Below are positions 9,254 to 18,776 of a stretch of 64,000 nucleotides of DNA, piece after piece (within the stretch, counting starts at the first letter, position 1; each line of letters begins with the position of its first letter). The notes under the pieces are model-generated. The model did no database searches. It was not told the DNA's origin and was given only the letters and a program-made list of their open reading frames with translations. Both the position numbers and the translations under genes were made by a program. The stretch lies in assembly GCA_963666735.1 (NCBI GenBank), contig OY762926.1:3744001-3808000 (forward strand), given 5' to 3'. Origin of the DNA: Gemmatimonadota bacterium (lineage in GTDB: Bacteria; Gemmatimonadota; Gemmatimonadetes; Palauibacterales; Palauibacteraceae).

Positions 9254-11047
9254 ATGGCTCACGAGCCTTTGTACCGCACCGCGCTGGCCAGGACCTACCG
9301 GCCCCGAGGCTTCTCGGAGCTGATCGGACAGGACCACATCGGGCCCACGCTGAAGGCCGCGATCGAGTCCGGCAGGGTCGGCCACGCGTATCTCTTCTGC
9401 GGCCCGCGCGGGATCGGGAAGACGACGACGGCGCGCATCCTCGCGATGGCTCTGAACTGTCCCGACCGCTCCGCCGGCGAACCGTGCGGCGCGTGCCCCT
9501 CGTGCGAGCGGATCTGGTCCGGAGGCGCCTCGCTCGACGTCGTGGAAATCGACGCGGCGAGCCACCGGGGCGTCGAGGATGCCCGGGACCTCCGCCGCCG
9601 GGCCGCGTACGCGCCCACGAGCGAGGAACGCTACAAGATCTACATCCTCGATGAGGCGCACATGCTCACGCGCGACGCGTGGAACGCGCTCCTGAAGATC
9701 CTCGAGGAGCCGCCGCCACGCGTGATCTTCGCTTTCGCCACGACCGAGCCGCAGAAGATCGAGCGCGGCGCGGCGCCCGTCATGTCCCGCTGCCAGCGGT
9801 TCGACTTCCGGCGAGTCTCCGTGCAGGACATCACGAGCCGGCTGGAGACGGTGCTCGAGGCGGAGGGAATCCCGGCCGAAGCGGGGGCGCTGCGGGCGAT
9901 CGCGCGGCGTGCCGAGGGCGGCGTCCGCGACGCGCTCTCCTCCCTCGACCAGGTGTTGTCCTTCCGCGGAGACACGGTGGAACTCGCGGACGTCCGCCGC
10001 ATGCTCGGGCTCGTCGACGAGGATCGATACCTGGCGTTCTTCGAGATCGCGGCGAACGGGGACCGGGCCGGAGTGTTCGCTTTCGTCCAGGACCTCCTCG
10101 ACGATGGGCACGACCCCGCGGAGTTTCTGCGCGGACTCGGCGACGCGCTGCGAACCCTCCTGGTTCTGAGGCTCGATCCGGAGGCCGAGGCGGTCGAACT
10201 CCTGCCGGGGTCACGCGAGCGTTTCCTCGCCGCCGCCGAAGCGCTGGTTCCGGCGGACCTGCTCAGGATGCTGGCCGCGCTCAGCGAGTTCGAGGCCTCG
10301 GGCATGCTCCACCGGTCCTCCCAGCCGCGCATCCAGCTCGAGGTCCTGCTGCTGCGTCTCGTCCGCATGGAATCGACCGTCGAACTCGAGGAAGTCCTGG
10401 CGGCCCTGGGCGCCCCCCCCGCCGAGCCCGGGCCTCGCACGCGCCCGCCGCATCCGCCCCGGCGCCAGCGCGAGAAGCGGTCTCCACCGCCGACGCCCGC
10501 TCCCGCGTCCCGGCCGCCGCTCCCGGAGCCGCCTCCGCCGACACCAGCCGCCGGAGAGCCCGTGGCCGCCGCCGAACCCGCGACCGCGGGAGGGGAGGAG
10601 GCTCCCCCGCCGGAGTCCGCGCCGGCCCCCGCACCCGCGCCGGCCCCCGCGCCGGAAAACCGGTCCGGCACGGCGTCGGCATCCCGCGTCCGCGACGCCT
10701 GGGCCGCCGCCGTCGCCGAAATGCCGGGGCTGGGTGGAGTGTCCGGACTGGCCCTGCGCGCCACCGAAGTCGACGGCCTCGTGGAAGGCGAGGTTCGGCT
10801 CCGCGTCCAGGCCGGGTGGCGCGAGGAACTCGAGAAGCTGTTCAAGGACGACCAGCGTTCCGGCCCTCTCCGCGCGAATCTCGCGGAACGCGTGGGGTTA
10901 CCGGCCGTCAGGTTCGCGATCGTCGACCGCAAGGGCGGCCGCATGACCGCCGGAGAAGCCGCCCGCACGCGCGTGGAGCGGTTGATGGACGGAAACCCGC
11001 ACCTCCGGGAAGCCGTGAAGGAACTCGACCTCACCCTGAAGGAGTAG
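9254..11047 (+). CDS. dnaX: DNA polymerase III subunit gamma/tau
   Basis: ALARTYRP, GPRGIGKT, Zn-binding Cys cluster, EIDAAS, LDEAHML, SRC; Pro-rich linker. Confidence 0.96.
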   Translation: MAHEPLYRTALARTYRPRGFSELIGQDHIGPTLKAAIESGRVGHAYLFCGPRGIGKTTTARILAMALNCPDRSAGEPCGACPSCERIWSGGASLDVVEIDAASHRGVEDARDLRRRAAYAPTSEERYKIYILDEAHMLTRDAWNALLKILEEPPPRVIFAFATTEPQKIERGAAPVMSRCQRFDFRRVSVQDITSRLETVLEAEGIPAEAGALRAIARRAEGGVRDALSSLDQVLSFRGDTVELADVRRMLGLVDEDRYLAFFEIAANGDRAGVFAFVQDLLDDGHDPAEFLRGLGDALRTLLVLRLDPEAEAVELLPGSRERFLAAAEALVPADLLRMLAALSEFEASGMLHRSSQPRIQLEVLLLRLVRMESTVELEEVLAALGAPPAEPGPRTRPPHPPRRQREKRSPPPTPAPASRPPLPEPPPPTPAAGEPVAAAEPATAGGEEAPPPESAPAPAPAPAPAPENRSGTASASRVRDAWAAAVAEMPGLGGVSGLALRATEVDGLVEGEVRLRVQAGWREELEKLFKDDQRSGPLRANLAERVGLPAVRFAIVDRKGGRMTAGEAARTRVERLMDGNPHLREAVKELDLTLKE

Positions 11048-11057
11048 GAGAATCGGA

Positions 11058-11393
11058 GTGGACGGCGTGGACATCCAGCAATTGATTCAACTCAGTCAAC
11101 AGATGCAGTCGCGCATGACCGAGATGCAGGAGAAGCTCGAGCGCGAGACGATGGTCGCGGCTTCGGGCGGCGGCATGGTCGAGGTGACGGTGGACGGCCA
11201 GGGCGGCATCAAGGGCATCTCCATCGACCCCGCCGTCGTGGACCCGGAGGAGGTCGAGATGCTCGAGGACCTCATCGTCGCCGCGGCCTCCGCGGCGCAG
11301 CGGCGGGCGAAGGATCGAATGGAGAGCGAGATGCGCCAGGCGGCGGGCGGTCTGCCGTTGCCGGGCCTGGGTAACTTCCCCGGCCGTCCGTGA
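11058..11393 (+). CDS. ybaB: YbaB/EbfC nucleoid-associated protein
   Basis: SGGGMVEV, EMLEDLIVAA; located between dnaX and recR. Confidence 0.93.
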   Translation: MDGVDIQQLIQLSQQMQSRMTEMQEKLERETMVAASGGGMVEVTVDGQGGIKGISIDPAVVDPEEVEMLEDLIVAAASAAQRRAKDRMESEMRQAAGGLPLPGLGNFPGRP

Positions 11394-11977
11394 ACGCCAT
11401 CGAGGCGCTCGTGGGCGAACTCGGCCGGCTCCCCGGGATCGGCCGCAAGACCGCGCGCCGGCTCACCTATCACCTCCTCAAGAGTTCGAGGGACGATTCC
11501 CGGCGGCTGGCGAAGGCCATAGAACGGGTCGCGGCGGAAGTTCGCGTGTGCGGCGCCTGCGGCAATCTCAGCGATATGGAGCCGTGCGAATACTGCCGCA
11601 GTCCGAGGCGCGATCCCGCGCAGGTGTGCGTCGTGGAGGAAGCTTCGGACATTCCGGCGATCGAGAACTCGGGGAACTTCGGAGGCCTGTATCATGTACT
11701 TGGCGGACGGTTGTCCCCTCTCGATGGGGTGGGCCCCGACGACCTGAACATCCGGGCCCTGCTTCGGCGTCTCGACACGCCTGTCCGGGAGGTGATCATC
11801 GCGACGAACGCGAGCGTCGAGGGAGAGGCCACGGCGACATACCTGCAGCGCCTGCTGGCCTCGGCCGCCGACGTCACTGTCACGCGCCTCGCCCGCGGGC
11901 TGCCCGTGGGGGGGGACCTCGAGTACGCCGACGGGGTGACGATCGCCGAAGCCTTCGCCGGCCGACGGGAGATGTAA
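11390..11977 (+). CDS. recR: Recombination mediator RecR
   Basis: LPGIGRKTA HhH, C4 zinc finger, Toprim YHVLGG...EGEATA. Confidence 0.97.
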   Translation: MNAIEALVGELGRLPGIGRKTARRLTYHLLKSSRDDSRRLAKAIERVAAEVRVCGACGNLSDMEPCEYCRSPRRDPAQVCVVEEASDIPAIENSGNFGGLYHVLGGRLSPLDGVGPDDLNIRALLRRLDTPVREVIIATNASVEGEATATYLQRLLASAADVTVTRLARGLPVGGDLEYADGVTIAEAFAGRREM

Positions 11978-12000
11978 CGACCAATGAGATGCAGCGACCG

Positions 12001-12351
12001 ATGATGACTCGAATCGAATACGAAGACGCGGACCGCGGCGCCGCGACGGGATGGAAGATCGCCGCCGCCGCCCTGCTCGGCGCCGCCGCGGCCGTCGGCC
12101 TCGGGATCTATCTTGCGCGAGACCAGATGCGGCGACACCGGCGCGAACTGTTCAGTCCGCACCCGCTCCGGCGCCTGGCGGCCCTCGGATACCTGAGATC
12201 GCACCCGTCCGTGGACGATCTGCCGCTGCTGAGAGACTACCTGGCATGGGAAGAGCGACCGCTCCTCCGCAAGCGCGCCACGGCAGTCCTGGAGAGTCTC
12301 GAGAGCGTGCTCGCGAGCGACGAGGTCCTTGAGAGCGGAGACCCACACTGA
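12001..12351 (+). CDS. Small hypothetical protein with a TM helix and a HEAT-like helical C-terminus
   Basis: Fills the recR-pgsA gap; hydrophobic IAAAALLGAAAAVGLGIYL; start could instead be ATG 11989. Confidence 0.65.
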   Translation: MMTRIEYEDADRGAATGWKIAAAALLGAAAAVGLGIYLARDQMRRHRRELFSPHPLRRLAALGYLRSHPSVDDLPLLRDYLAWEERPLLRKRATAVLESLESVLASDEVLESGDPH

Positions 12352-12977
12352 ATCTCCCGAACGCGATTACCACGGGCAGGATCCTCGCGGCCCCCGTCGT
12401 GACGGCGCTGCTCCTGCAGCCCCGGCCGGCGCCCCGCATGATCGCGTTCGTCGTGTTCGTCTTCGCCGCGCTCTCGGACCTGTGGGACGGACACCTGGCC
12501 CGGGCCCGCGACCAAGTGACCTCCTTCGGCAAGATCGTCGATCCGCTGGCCGACAAGCTGCTGCTCGTCGCCGCCCTCCTCCCCGTCTACAGCATCAATC
12601 TCGGGCAGGTGGGAAGCCCCTCTCTCCCCCTGTTCCGCGTCATCCCGCTCTGGGCCATCGTCATCTTCCTGGGGCGCGAAGCGCTGATCACGCTGCTCCG
12701 GTCCTTCGCCGCGCGGCAGGGCCGGGTGGTCGCGGCGCAGATCCTGGGCAAGCGGAAGGCGCTCGCGCAGAACATCTTCATCGGCTCAGCGATCCTGTGG
12801 GTGGCGTTCCTGACCCCCGGTTTCGTGGCTCCCGGCGGCTGGGCGTGGCAGTGGTTCTCCGCTTTCCACGGCTGGTTCACCACGACCTTTCTCGCCCTCG
12901 CGGTGCTGCTCACCGTGGTCTCCGCCGTGACCTATCTGGGCATGTTCTCGCGCATCATGGCGGGCCGCCATTCGTAA
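12348..12977 (+). CDS. pgsA: CDP-alcohol phosphatidyltransferase (PGP synthase); probable CTG start
   Basis: (M)NLPNAITTGRI N-terminus; DLWDGHLAR...FGKIVDPLADK motif. Confidence 0.9.
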   Translation: MNLPNAITTGRILAAPVVTALLLQPRPAPRMIAFVVFVFAALSDLWDGHLARARDQVTSFGKIVDPLADKLLLVAALLPVYSINLGQVGSPSLPLFRVIPLWAIVIFLGREALITLLRSFAARQGRVVAAQILGKRKALAQNIFIGSAILWVAFLTPGFVAPGGWAWQWFSAFHGWFTTTFLALAVLLTVVSAVTYLGMFSRIMAGRHS

Positions 12978-12990
12978 GCGCTGTCCGTCG

Positions 12991-13455
12991 CTGTCCGAGG
13001 CCGCCGCGGCGCTCGTCGAAGGCCTGCGGGAGAGGGGTCACACGCTGGTGCTCGCCGAGAGTTGCACCGGCGGCCTGATCGGCGCCGCTCTCACCGCGGT
13101 ACCCGGAGCTTCGGAGGTTTTGTGGGGTGGGCTGATAAGCTACGATGACGCCGCCAAGAGGTCGCTGCTGAACGTGTCGGAGGCGTCGCTCCAGCGGCAC
13201 GGCGCCGTCTCGCGGGCCGTGGCGGAGGAGATGGCCGCCGGGGCGCGGCGCGTGGCGGAAAGCACCTGGTCCATCGCCGTCACGGGGATCGCCGGGCCCT
13301 CGGGCGGGTCCGCCGACAAACCCGTGGGCACGGTGTGGATCGCCCACGACGGCCCCTCTCGCGACGCGTGGTGTCACCGTTTCGGTGGGAGCCGGGACGA
13401 GATCCGGGAAGCGGCCGCGCGCGAAGCGATACGTTGGCTCGATTCACGGCTTTGA
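12991..13455 (+). CDS. cinA: CinA C-terminal domain / NMN deamidase PncC; start uncertain
   Basis: AESCTGG, HGAVS, TGIAGPSGGSADKPVGTVW. The conserved helix extends upstream of GTG 13048. Confidence 0.88.
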   Translation: MSEAAAALVEGLRERGHTLVLAESCTGGLIGAALTAVPGASEVLWGGLISYDDAAKRSLLNVSEASLQRHGAVSRAVAEEMAAGARRVAESTWSIAVTGIAGPSGGSADKPVGTVWIAHDGPSRDAWCHRFGGSRDEIREAAAREAIRWLDSRL

Positions 13456-13477
13456 CGAGCATACTCGAGGATATTCG

Positions 13478-14044
13478 ATGGGAAAGAAGGATCGGGAGCA
13501 GGAGATGGAGAGCGCGGCGCCCGGGGAGGCTCCGGAAACGCCCGGGCACGTTGACGAGGTCGGCGCGCCCGAGCCGGAAGAGGACGCCGGCCCCGAAGCG
13601 GAACTCGCGGCCCTGCAGGACCGGCACCTCCGGCTCGCGGCGGAGTTCGACAACTTCCGGCGCCGGACGAGACGCGAACTGGGCGACGCGGGAGAGCGGG
13701 CGCGCGCGGAACTCGCCGGCAAGCTGCTCGAACTGATGGATGATCTCCAGCGCGTGGCCGAAACGCCGCTCGAGGGCACGACGACCGACGCGCTGCACGA
13801 GGGGATCGGGCTCGTGGCCCGGAAGTTCGCGAAGGTCCTCTCCGACACCGGAGTGGAACCGGTGAACCCCGTGGACGAGCGCTTCGACCCCAACCTCCAC
13901 GAAGCGCTCATGATGACCCCGACCGACGACCCGGAGCAGGACGAACGGGTGTCGCGCGTCGTCCTCATCGGATACCGGCTCGGCGACCGGCTGCTGCGCC
14001 CCGCGCGCGTCACGGTCTACCGCTACGAAGCCGAAACCTCCTGA
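13478..14044 (+). CDS. grpE: Nucleotide exchange factor GrpE
   Basis: [34 protein letters not shown]. Confidence 0.96.
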   Translation: MGKKDREQEMESAAPGEAPETPGHVDEVGAPEPEEDAGPEAELAALQDRHLRLAAEFDNFRRRTRRELGDAGERARAELAGKLLELMDDLQRVAETPLEGTTTDALHEGIGLVARKFAKVLSDTGVEPVNPVDERFDPNLHEALMMTPTDDPEQDERVSRVVLIGYRLGDRLLRPARVTVYRYEAETS

Positions 14045-14048
14045 TCCG

Positions 14049-15149
14049 ATGGCGACGCAGGCGAAGGATTACTACAAGATTCTCGGGGTCGCGGAGAACG
14101 CGAGCGCCGACGAGATCCGGAAGGCGTACCGCAAGCTCGCGAAGGAGCACCATCCGGACGCGAACGCGGGCGATCCAAGGTCGACGGAGAAGTTCAAGGA
14201 GGTGTCGGAGGCCCACGGCGTCCTCTCCGATCCCGGCAAGCGCAAGAAATACGATCGCGTGCGGAAGTACGGAGGTCTCGGAGCGTTCGGGCCCGGCCAG
14301 CCGGGCGGAGCGCCCGGGGGCGCCGGCAACTTCAAGTTCGAGGACTTGTCCGACCTGGGCGGCATCGGCGGCATCTTCTCCTCCATCTTCGACTTCGGGA
14401 AGAAGGCGAAGCCGGAGCGGGAAGGGCCGGAGCGGGGCCGAAACGTCGAATACCTGGTCACGGTGCCGCTCCGCACCGCGGCGCGGGGCGGCCGGGTCGC
14501 GGTCACGGTGCCGATCAACGAGGAGTGCGCGACGTGCGACGGGAACGGCGCCGCTCCCGGCACGTCGCTCAAACGCTGTCCGGAGTGCGAGGGCAGGGGC
14601 GAGGTCACGTTCGGGCAGGGCGGGTTCTCCGTCACGCGCCCGTGTCCCGTCTGCGTGCGCCGCGGGATGGTGCCGGAGACGCCGTGCTCGAGTTGTTCCG
14701 GCCGCGGCCAGGTGAACTCGCGGCGCAAGCTCAGCGTCAAGGTGCCCGCGGGGGTCGAGAACGGTTCGCGCGTCCGCATCTCCGGCAAGGGCGAACGCGG
14801 CCCCGGCGGCGGCACCGCCGGCGACCTCATCATCAAGTTCCAGGTCGACCCCGACCGCTTCTTCACCCGGGACGGACTCGACCTCGCCTGCGAGGTGCCG
14901 ATCAACGTGGCGCAGGCGATTCTCGGCTCGAAGGTCAAGGTGAGGACGATCGGCGGGAACAAGGTCGTGCTCAGAATTCCGCCGGGCACGCAGAGCGGCA
15001 CCATGTTCCGGATCCGCGGCCAGGGCATCCGGCGGGGCGAGAACCGCGGCGACCAGCTCGTTGAGGTGGTCGTGGAGACGCCCGACCTCTCGGGCGACGG
15101 CCTGAAGACGGTGAAGGATCTCGCGCAACAGGAGGGCCTCTCCTACTGA
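14049..15149 (+). CDS. dnaJ: Chaperone DnaJ
   Basis: J-domain with HPD, G/F region, four CxxCxxxG repeats, C-terminal domain. Confidence 0.96.
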   Translation: MATQAKDYYKILGVAENASADEIRKAYRKLAKEHHPDANAGDPRSTEKFKEVSEAHGVLSDPGKRKKYDRVRKYGGLGAFGPGQPGGAPGGAGNFKFEDLSDLGGIGGIFSSIFDFGKKAKPEREGPERGRNVEYLVTVPLRTAARGGRVAVTVPINEECATCDGNGAAPGTSLKRCPECEGRGEVTFGQGGFSVTRPCPVCVRRGMVPETPCSSCSGRGQVNSRRKLSVKVPAGVENGSRVRISGKGERGPGGGTAGDLIIKFQVDPDRFFTRDGLDLACEVPINVAQAILGSKVKVRTIGGNKVVLRIPPGTQSGTMFRIRGQGIRRGENRGDQLVEVVVETPDLSGDGLKTVKDLAQQEGLSY

Positions 15150-15201
15150 CCCGCGGCCCGGCCGCTGGCGGGCGCGGCCCCCGCACCCGCGGCGCCGGCC
15201 G

Positions 15202-16299
15202 TCAGCTCGAGGCGATGATGCCGCCGCCGAGGACCCGTTCCTCCCGGTAGAGCACGGCGCTCTGTCCCGGCGTGATGGCCGACTGCGGGATGGGCAGCTC
15301 CAGCGAAAAGCCGGTCGGCGTCGCCTCGACCACATCCGCGTCGACGATCGCGGCCCCATGCCGGATCCGCACTCCGACGCGCTCGCCGCCGGCGGGAGGC
15401 TCGGCCAGCCAGTTCACGCCCCGGGCGCCGATGCGCGAGCGGGCCAGCGAGGCCCGCGGCCCGATGATGACGTCGCGCGACTCCGGCCGGATCTCGAGCA
15501 CGAACATCGGCTCGCGAAAACCGCCCGGGAGCCCCTTGCGCTGTCCCACCGTGTAGTGGGCGTAGCCCGGATGCTCGCCCGCGCCGGAGCCGTCCTCGAA
15601 GCGGATGGCGCCGGGTGAGAGCGCCGGGTGGTCCTCCGGCAGGTAGCGGCGCAGGACCCCGGCGTAGTCGTTGTCGGGGACGAAGCAGATCTCGAACGAC
15701 TCCGGCTTGTCCGCCGTGTCGAGGCCGAGGCGCCGCGCCTCCGCCCGGACCTGCGGCTTCGTAAGTTCTCCGACCGGCAGGAGAAGGCGGTCGAGCGCCT
15801 CGCGGGGCATGCCCCACAGGAAATACGTCTGATCCTTGTGGTCGTCCGCGCCGAGGTGGAGTTGCGGAGGGCCGGAGCGGGGGCGGACCACGCGCGCATA
15901 GTGCCCCGTCGCCAGCCAGCGGCAGTCCAGCGCGTCGGCCCGCACGAGGAGGTCCCGGAACTTCGTGAAGCTGTTGCAGCGCACGCACGGGATCGGGGTG
16001 CGGCCGGCCGCGTACTCGGACACGAAGTCGTCGATCACGTCGCGCGTGAAATCCTCCTCCACGTCGAACACGTGGTGCGGCATGTCGAGCTGGGCGGCGA
16101 CGGACTTGGCGTCCGCGATCCCGTCGAGGCCGCAGCAGGTGCGCGTCGGGCCCTCGCTGCCGGTGTAGCAGAACGTCTTCATCGTCACGCCGATGACCGG
16201 GCGGCCCTCGCGCGCCAGCAGCGCGGCGGTGAGCGAAGAGTCCACGCCGCCCGACATGGCGACGAGCACGGAGTCCGCGAGGCGGCTCGGGGCGATCAT
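15202..16299 (-). CDS. mnmA: tRNA 2-thiouridylase MnmA
   Basis: SGGVDS, TPIPCVRCN, ATGHYAR, KDQTYFL, EICF, TPGQSAV. Confidence 0.96.
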   Translation of the reverse strand: MIAPSRLADSVLVAMSGGVDSSLTAALLAREGRPVIGVTMKTFCYTGSEGPTRTCCGLDGIADAKSVAAQLDMPHHVFDVEEDFTRDVIDDFVSEYAAGRTPIPCVRCNSFTKFRDLLVRADALDCRWLATGHYARVVRPRSGPPQLHLGADDHKDQTYFLWGMPREALDRLLLPVGELTKPQVRAEARRLGLDTADKPESFEICFVPDNDYAGVLRRYLPEDHPALSPGAIRFEDGSGAGEHPGYAHYTVGQRKGLPGGFREPMFVLEIRPESRDVIIGPRASLARSRIGARGVNWLAEPPAGGERVGVRIRHGAAIVDADVVEATPTGFSLELPIPQSAITPGQSAVLYREERVLGGGIIASS

Positions 16300-16311
16300 G
16301 GGCGCGGGATC

Positions 16312-17493
16312 TCAGGCCGTGAGCGCGACGACCCGCGCGGCCACCCGCGCCAGCGCGTCCGCCGCCGCATCGATGTCCGCCCGGGACGTCTCGTGGCCGA
16401 AACTGAAGCGCACCGCCGCATACGGGACATCGCTCGTGATCCCGATGGCCTCCAGCACGTCGGAGCCGACGCTCGAATCGGACCCGCAGGCCGACCCGCC
16501 CGAGACCGCGATGCCCTCGAAGTCGAGCGACACGAGCACGGCCCCGCTGTCACACCCCGAAATCCCGGCGCTGACGAGATTCGGCATCCGCAGCGGCGCG
16601 TCCCCGCCGTGGATCCGGGCATCCGGAATCTCCGCCCGGATCCGCCCCTCGAGGTGATCGCGCAGCGCGGTCCAGCGGGCGACCTCCGCCTCGCGGCCCT
16701 CGAGCGCGAGCGCGAACGCGGCCGCGAAGCCCGTCGCGCCGATCGGGTTCTGCGTGCCCGGCCACATGGACCGTTCCTGGCCGCCGCCGTAGCTGAGCGG
16801 CTCCAGCCTCACCCCCGGCCGCCGGTAGAGGAGGCCGATCCCCACGGGCCCGCCGAGCTTGTGCGCCGTGGCCGACAGGAGATCCACCGGCGTCCGCTCC
16901 AGATCGCAGTCGACCTTCCCCAGCGCCTGCACGGCATCCGTGTGCACGAGCGCCCCGTATTCGTGGCCCAGCTCCACGATGTCCCCCATCGCCTGGACCG
17001 TGCCGATCTCGTTGTTCGCCCACATCACTGAGATCAGCGTCGGTGCGTCCGGGTCCGCCGCGAGTTTCCGCCGCAGCCACGCGAGGTCGACCGTCCCCGA
17101 GCCGTCCACGGGAATCCGCGCCACGCGCGCCCCCTCCACCGCCCCCCGGTCCGCCGCCTCGAGGCACGCCTTGTGCTCGATCTCGGACACGAACACGCGC
17201 GGGCTCCGCTCCGCATGCCCCGCGTGCGACCGCACGAAGCCGAGGATCGCGAGGTTGTCGGACTGCGTGCCGCCGCCCGTGAAGCAGATGGATGACCGCG
17301 GGCACCCGAGCAGATCCGCGATCCGCCCGCGCGCGACCTCGAGACAGCGATGGGCCCGGCGCCCGGGGGCATGCGCGCTCGCGGGATTGAAGCCGTGCCG
17401 CAACTCCGCTCCCATCGCGTCCCACACCTCCGGCCGCATGGGCCAGGTCGCCGCGTAGTCGAGGTAAAGCCGCTCTTTTTCGGGCTGTATCAT
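16312..17493 (-). CDS. iscS: Cysteine desulfurase (IscS/NifS group I)
   Basis: YLDYAAT, NNEIG, HTDAVQ, AHKLGGP, SGGSACGS. Confidence 0.92.
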   Translation of the reverse strand: MIQPEKERLYLDYAATWPMRPEVWDAMGAELRHGFNPASAHAPGRRAHRCLEVARGRIADLLGCPRSSICFTGGGTQSDNLAILGFVRSHAGHAERSPRVFVSEIEHKACLEAADRGAVEGARVARIPVDGSGTVDLAWLRRKLAADPDAPTLISVMWANNEIGTVQAMGDIVELGHEYGALVHTDAVQALGKVDCDLERTPVDLLSATAHKLGGPVGIGLLYRRPGVRLEPLSYGGGQERSMWPGTQNPIGATGFAAAFALALEGREAEVARWTALRDHLEGRIRAEIPDARIHGGDAPLRMPNLVSAGISGCDSGAVLVSLDFEGIAVSGGSACGSDSSVGSDVLEAIGITSDVPYAAVRFSFGHETSRADIDAAADALARVAARVVALTA

Positions 17494-17581
17494 CGTCGCT
17501 TTCCGTCCGGATTCGCCCGTTCGGCGAAGAGCGTCTATTGTGTCGAAGCTTCAAACGACGCCGCAACTCGGGATGGAGTAC

Positions 17582-17974
17582 ATGGAACCACCACGTTCCG
17601 CGCCGGGGCCCACCCCCCCGGCGCCAAGCCCCACCGGGCCCACGTCCGACGAGCAGAGCATACCACCGCTCGGGGCCCCGGTGTTCCGCACCACCGTGCA
17701 CGGACTCGCTTTTGAAGACCGTGCACGCCACCTCGACACGGTAAGCCCGCAGGAGGAACTCCTCCTGATCCCCGACCCGCCCGGAGGCGAACCCGACGAT
17801 GTCTGGGTCCATATCCGCGATGGCGACCCGGTCGGCCACCTCCCGCGCGAGATCGGCGCCTGGCTCGCCCCCTGGATGCGGCGCGGCGGCGCGGCGCGCG
17901 TGCAGGTGATCAAGGTAGGCGCCGAGTCGGTCCCGAGCTGGAAGCGTCTCCTCGTCGAGGTTCGCTGCGGCTGA
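17582..17974 (+). CDS. Stand-alone HIRAN-domain protein
   Basis: TTVHGLAF...LLLIPDP...DDVWVH...VGHLPREI matches the HIRAN pattern; GGAG SD before ATG 17582 (alternative ATG 17573). Confidence 0.75.
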   Translation: MEPPRSAPGPTPPAPSPTGPTSDEQSIPPLGAPVFRTTVHGLAFEDRARHLDTVSPQEELLLIPDPPGGEPDDVWVHIRDGDPVGHLPREIGAWLAPWMRRGGAARVQVIKVGAESVPSWKRLLVEVRCG

Positions 17975-18022
17975 CGGCGCCATTGGATGCTCAGCCGGGC
18001 TCCGATCGACCGCGGCGCTTTT

Positions 18023-18748
18023 CTACAACGAGCGAACTCCGAGGCGTGTGACATCGCTCACCCGCATCGTCTCGTCGGCATGGAACGGTTCGCCGTGTGG
18101 AGCCCGGATCAGCGAGCCGTAGTGCCGCGACGCGGTCTCGACGCGTTCGATGAGCGGTTGTCCGGTGGGGAAGATCTCACCCGCCGCCCTCGCGCCCTCG
18201 AACTGTGACGCGTAGCACCGCACGGCCTCGACCTTGCGCTGGAACTGCTCTTCCGTGAGCGGGACGACGAAGGTCGGCTTCACGGCGTCCTCCCGGTACG
18301 CCAGCGCGTAGAGGATCTTCTCCGGCCGCCGCCCCGGGCCGCCTTCATACTCCCGCAATCCCGCGAGGAAACAGGCGTCGCGCGCGAGTTCCGAGGCGGT
18401 CCGGTGATCGGGATGGCGACCGCGCGGATAGGGCAGGATCACGGTCGCGGGTGCGAGGTCCCGCAGGTGCCCGGCGACGATCCGCCGCGCCTCCAGCGAG
18501 TTCTCGATCCGCGCGTCGGGGAGTCCGGCGTTGACCCGAACCGCGACCCCCAGCGCCGCCGCCGCCCGATCCGCCTCTTCGGCCCGAATCTCGGGGGTCC
18601 CGCGCGAGGCCATCTCGCCGCGCGTCAGGTCCAGGATCCCGGCCCGGTGCCCCTGTTCGGCCGCACGGGCCAGCGTCCCGCCGCAGGTGAGTTCGGCATC
18701 GTCCGGGTGTGCGGCTATGGCAAGGAGGTCCAGCGGTTTCTCCGTCAT
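18023..18748 (-). CDS. bshB1: Bacillithiol biosynthesis deacetylase BshB1 (PIG-L/LmbE family)
   Basis: AHPDDAELTCGG, DLTRGEMASRG, RHPDH, CYASQF. Confidence 0.88.
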   Translation of the reverse strand: MTEKPLDLLAIAAHPDDAELTCGGTLARAAEQGHRAGILDLTRGEMASRGTPEIRAEEADRAAAALGVAVRVNAGLPDARIENSLEARRIVAGHLRDLAPATVILPYPRGRHPDHRTASELARDACFLAGLREYEGGPGRRPEKILYALAYREDAVKPTFVVPLTEEQFQRKVEAVRCYASQFEGARAAGEIFPTGQPLIERVETASRHYGSLIRAPHGEPFHADETMRVSDVTRLGVRSL

Positions 18749-18776
18749 CGGGCGGTCAGGCTCGCCTTTCGGTCGG

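Noticed and set aside
9254..11047. Programmed frameshift or slippage site in dnaX
   Set aside because: No A-AAA-AAG or long A-run seen; a single continuous ORF
13440..15149. grpE-dnaJ without dnaK/hrcA; looked for a CIRCE element
   Set aside because: No TTAGCACTC-N9-GAGTGCTAA found; split chaperone operons are common
18023..18748. bshB1 as a novel thiol system outside Firmicutes
   Set aside because: Bacillithiol genes are already known from several diderm phyla, and bshA/bshC are not in the window
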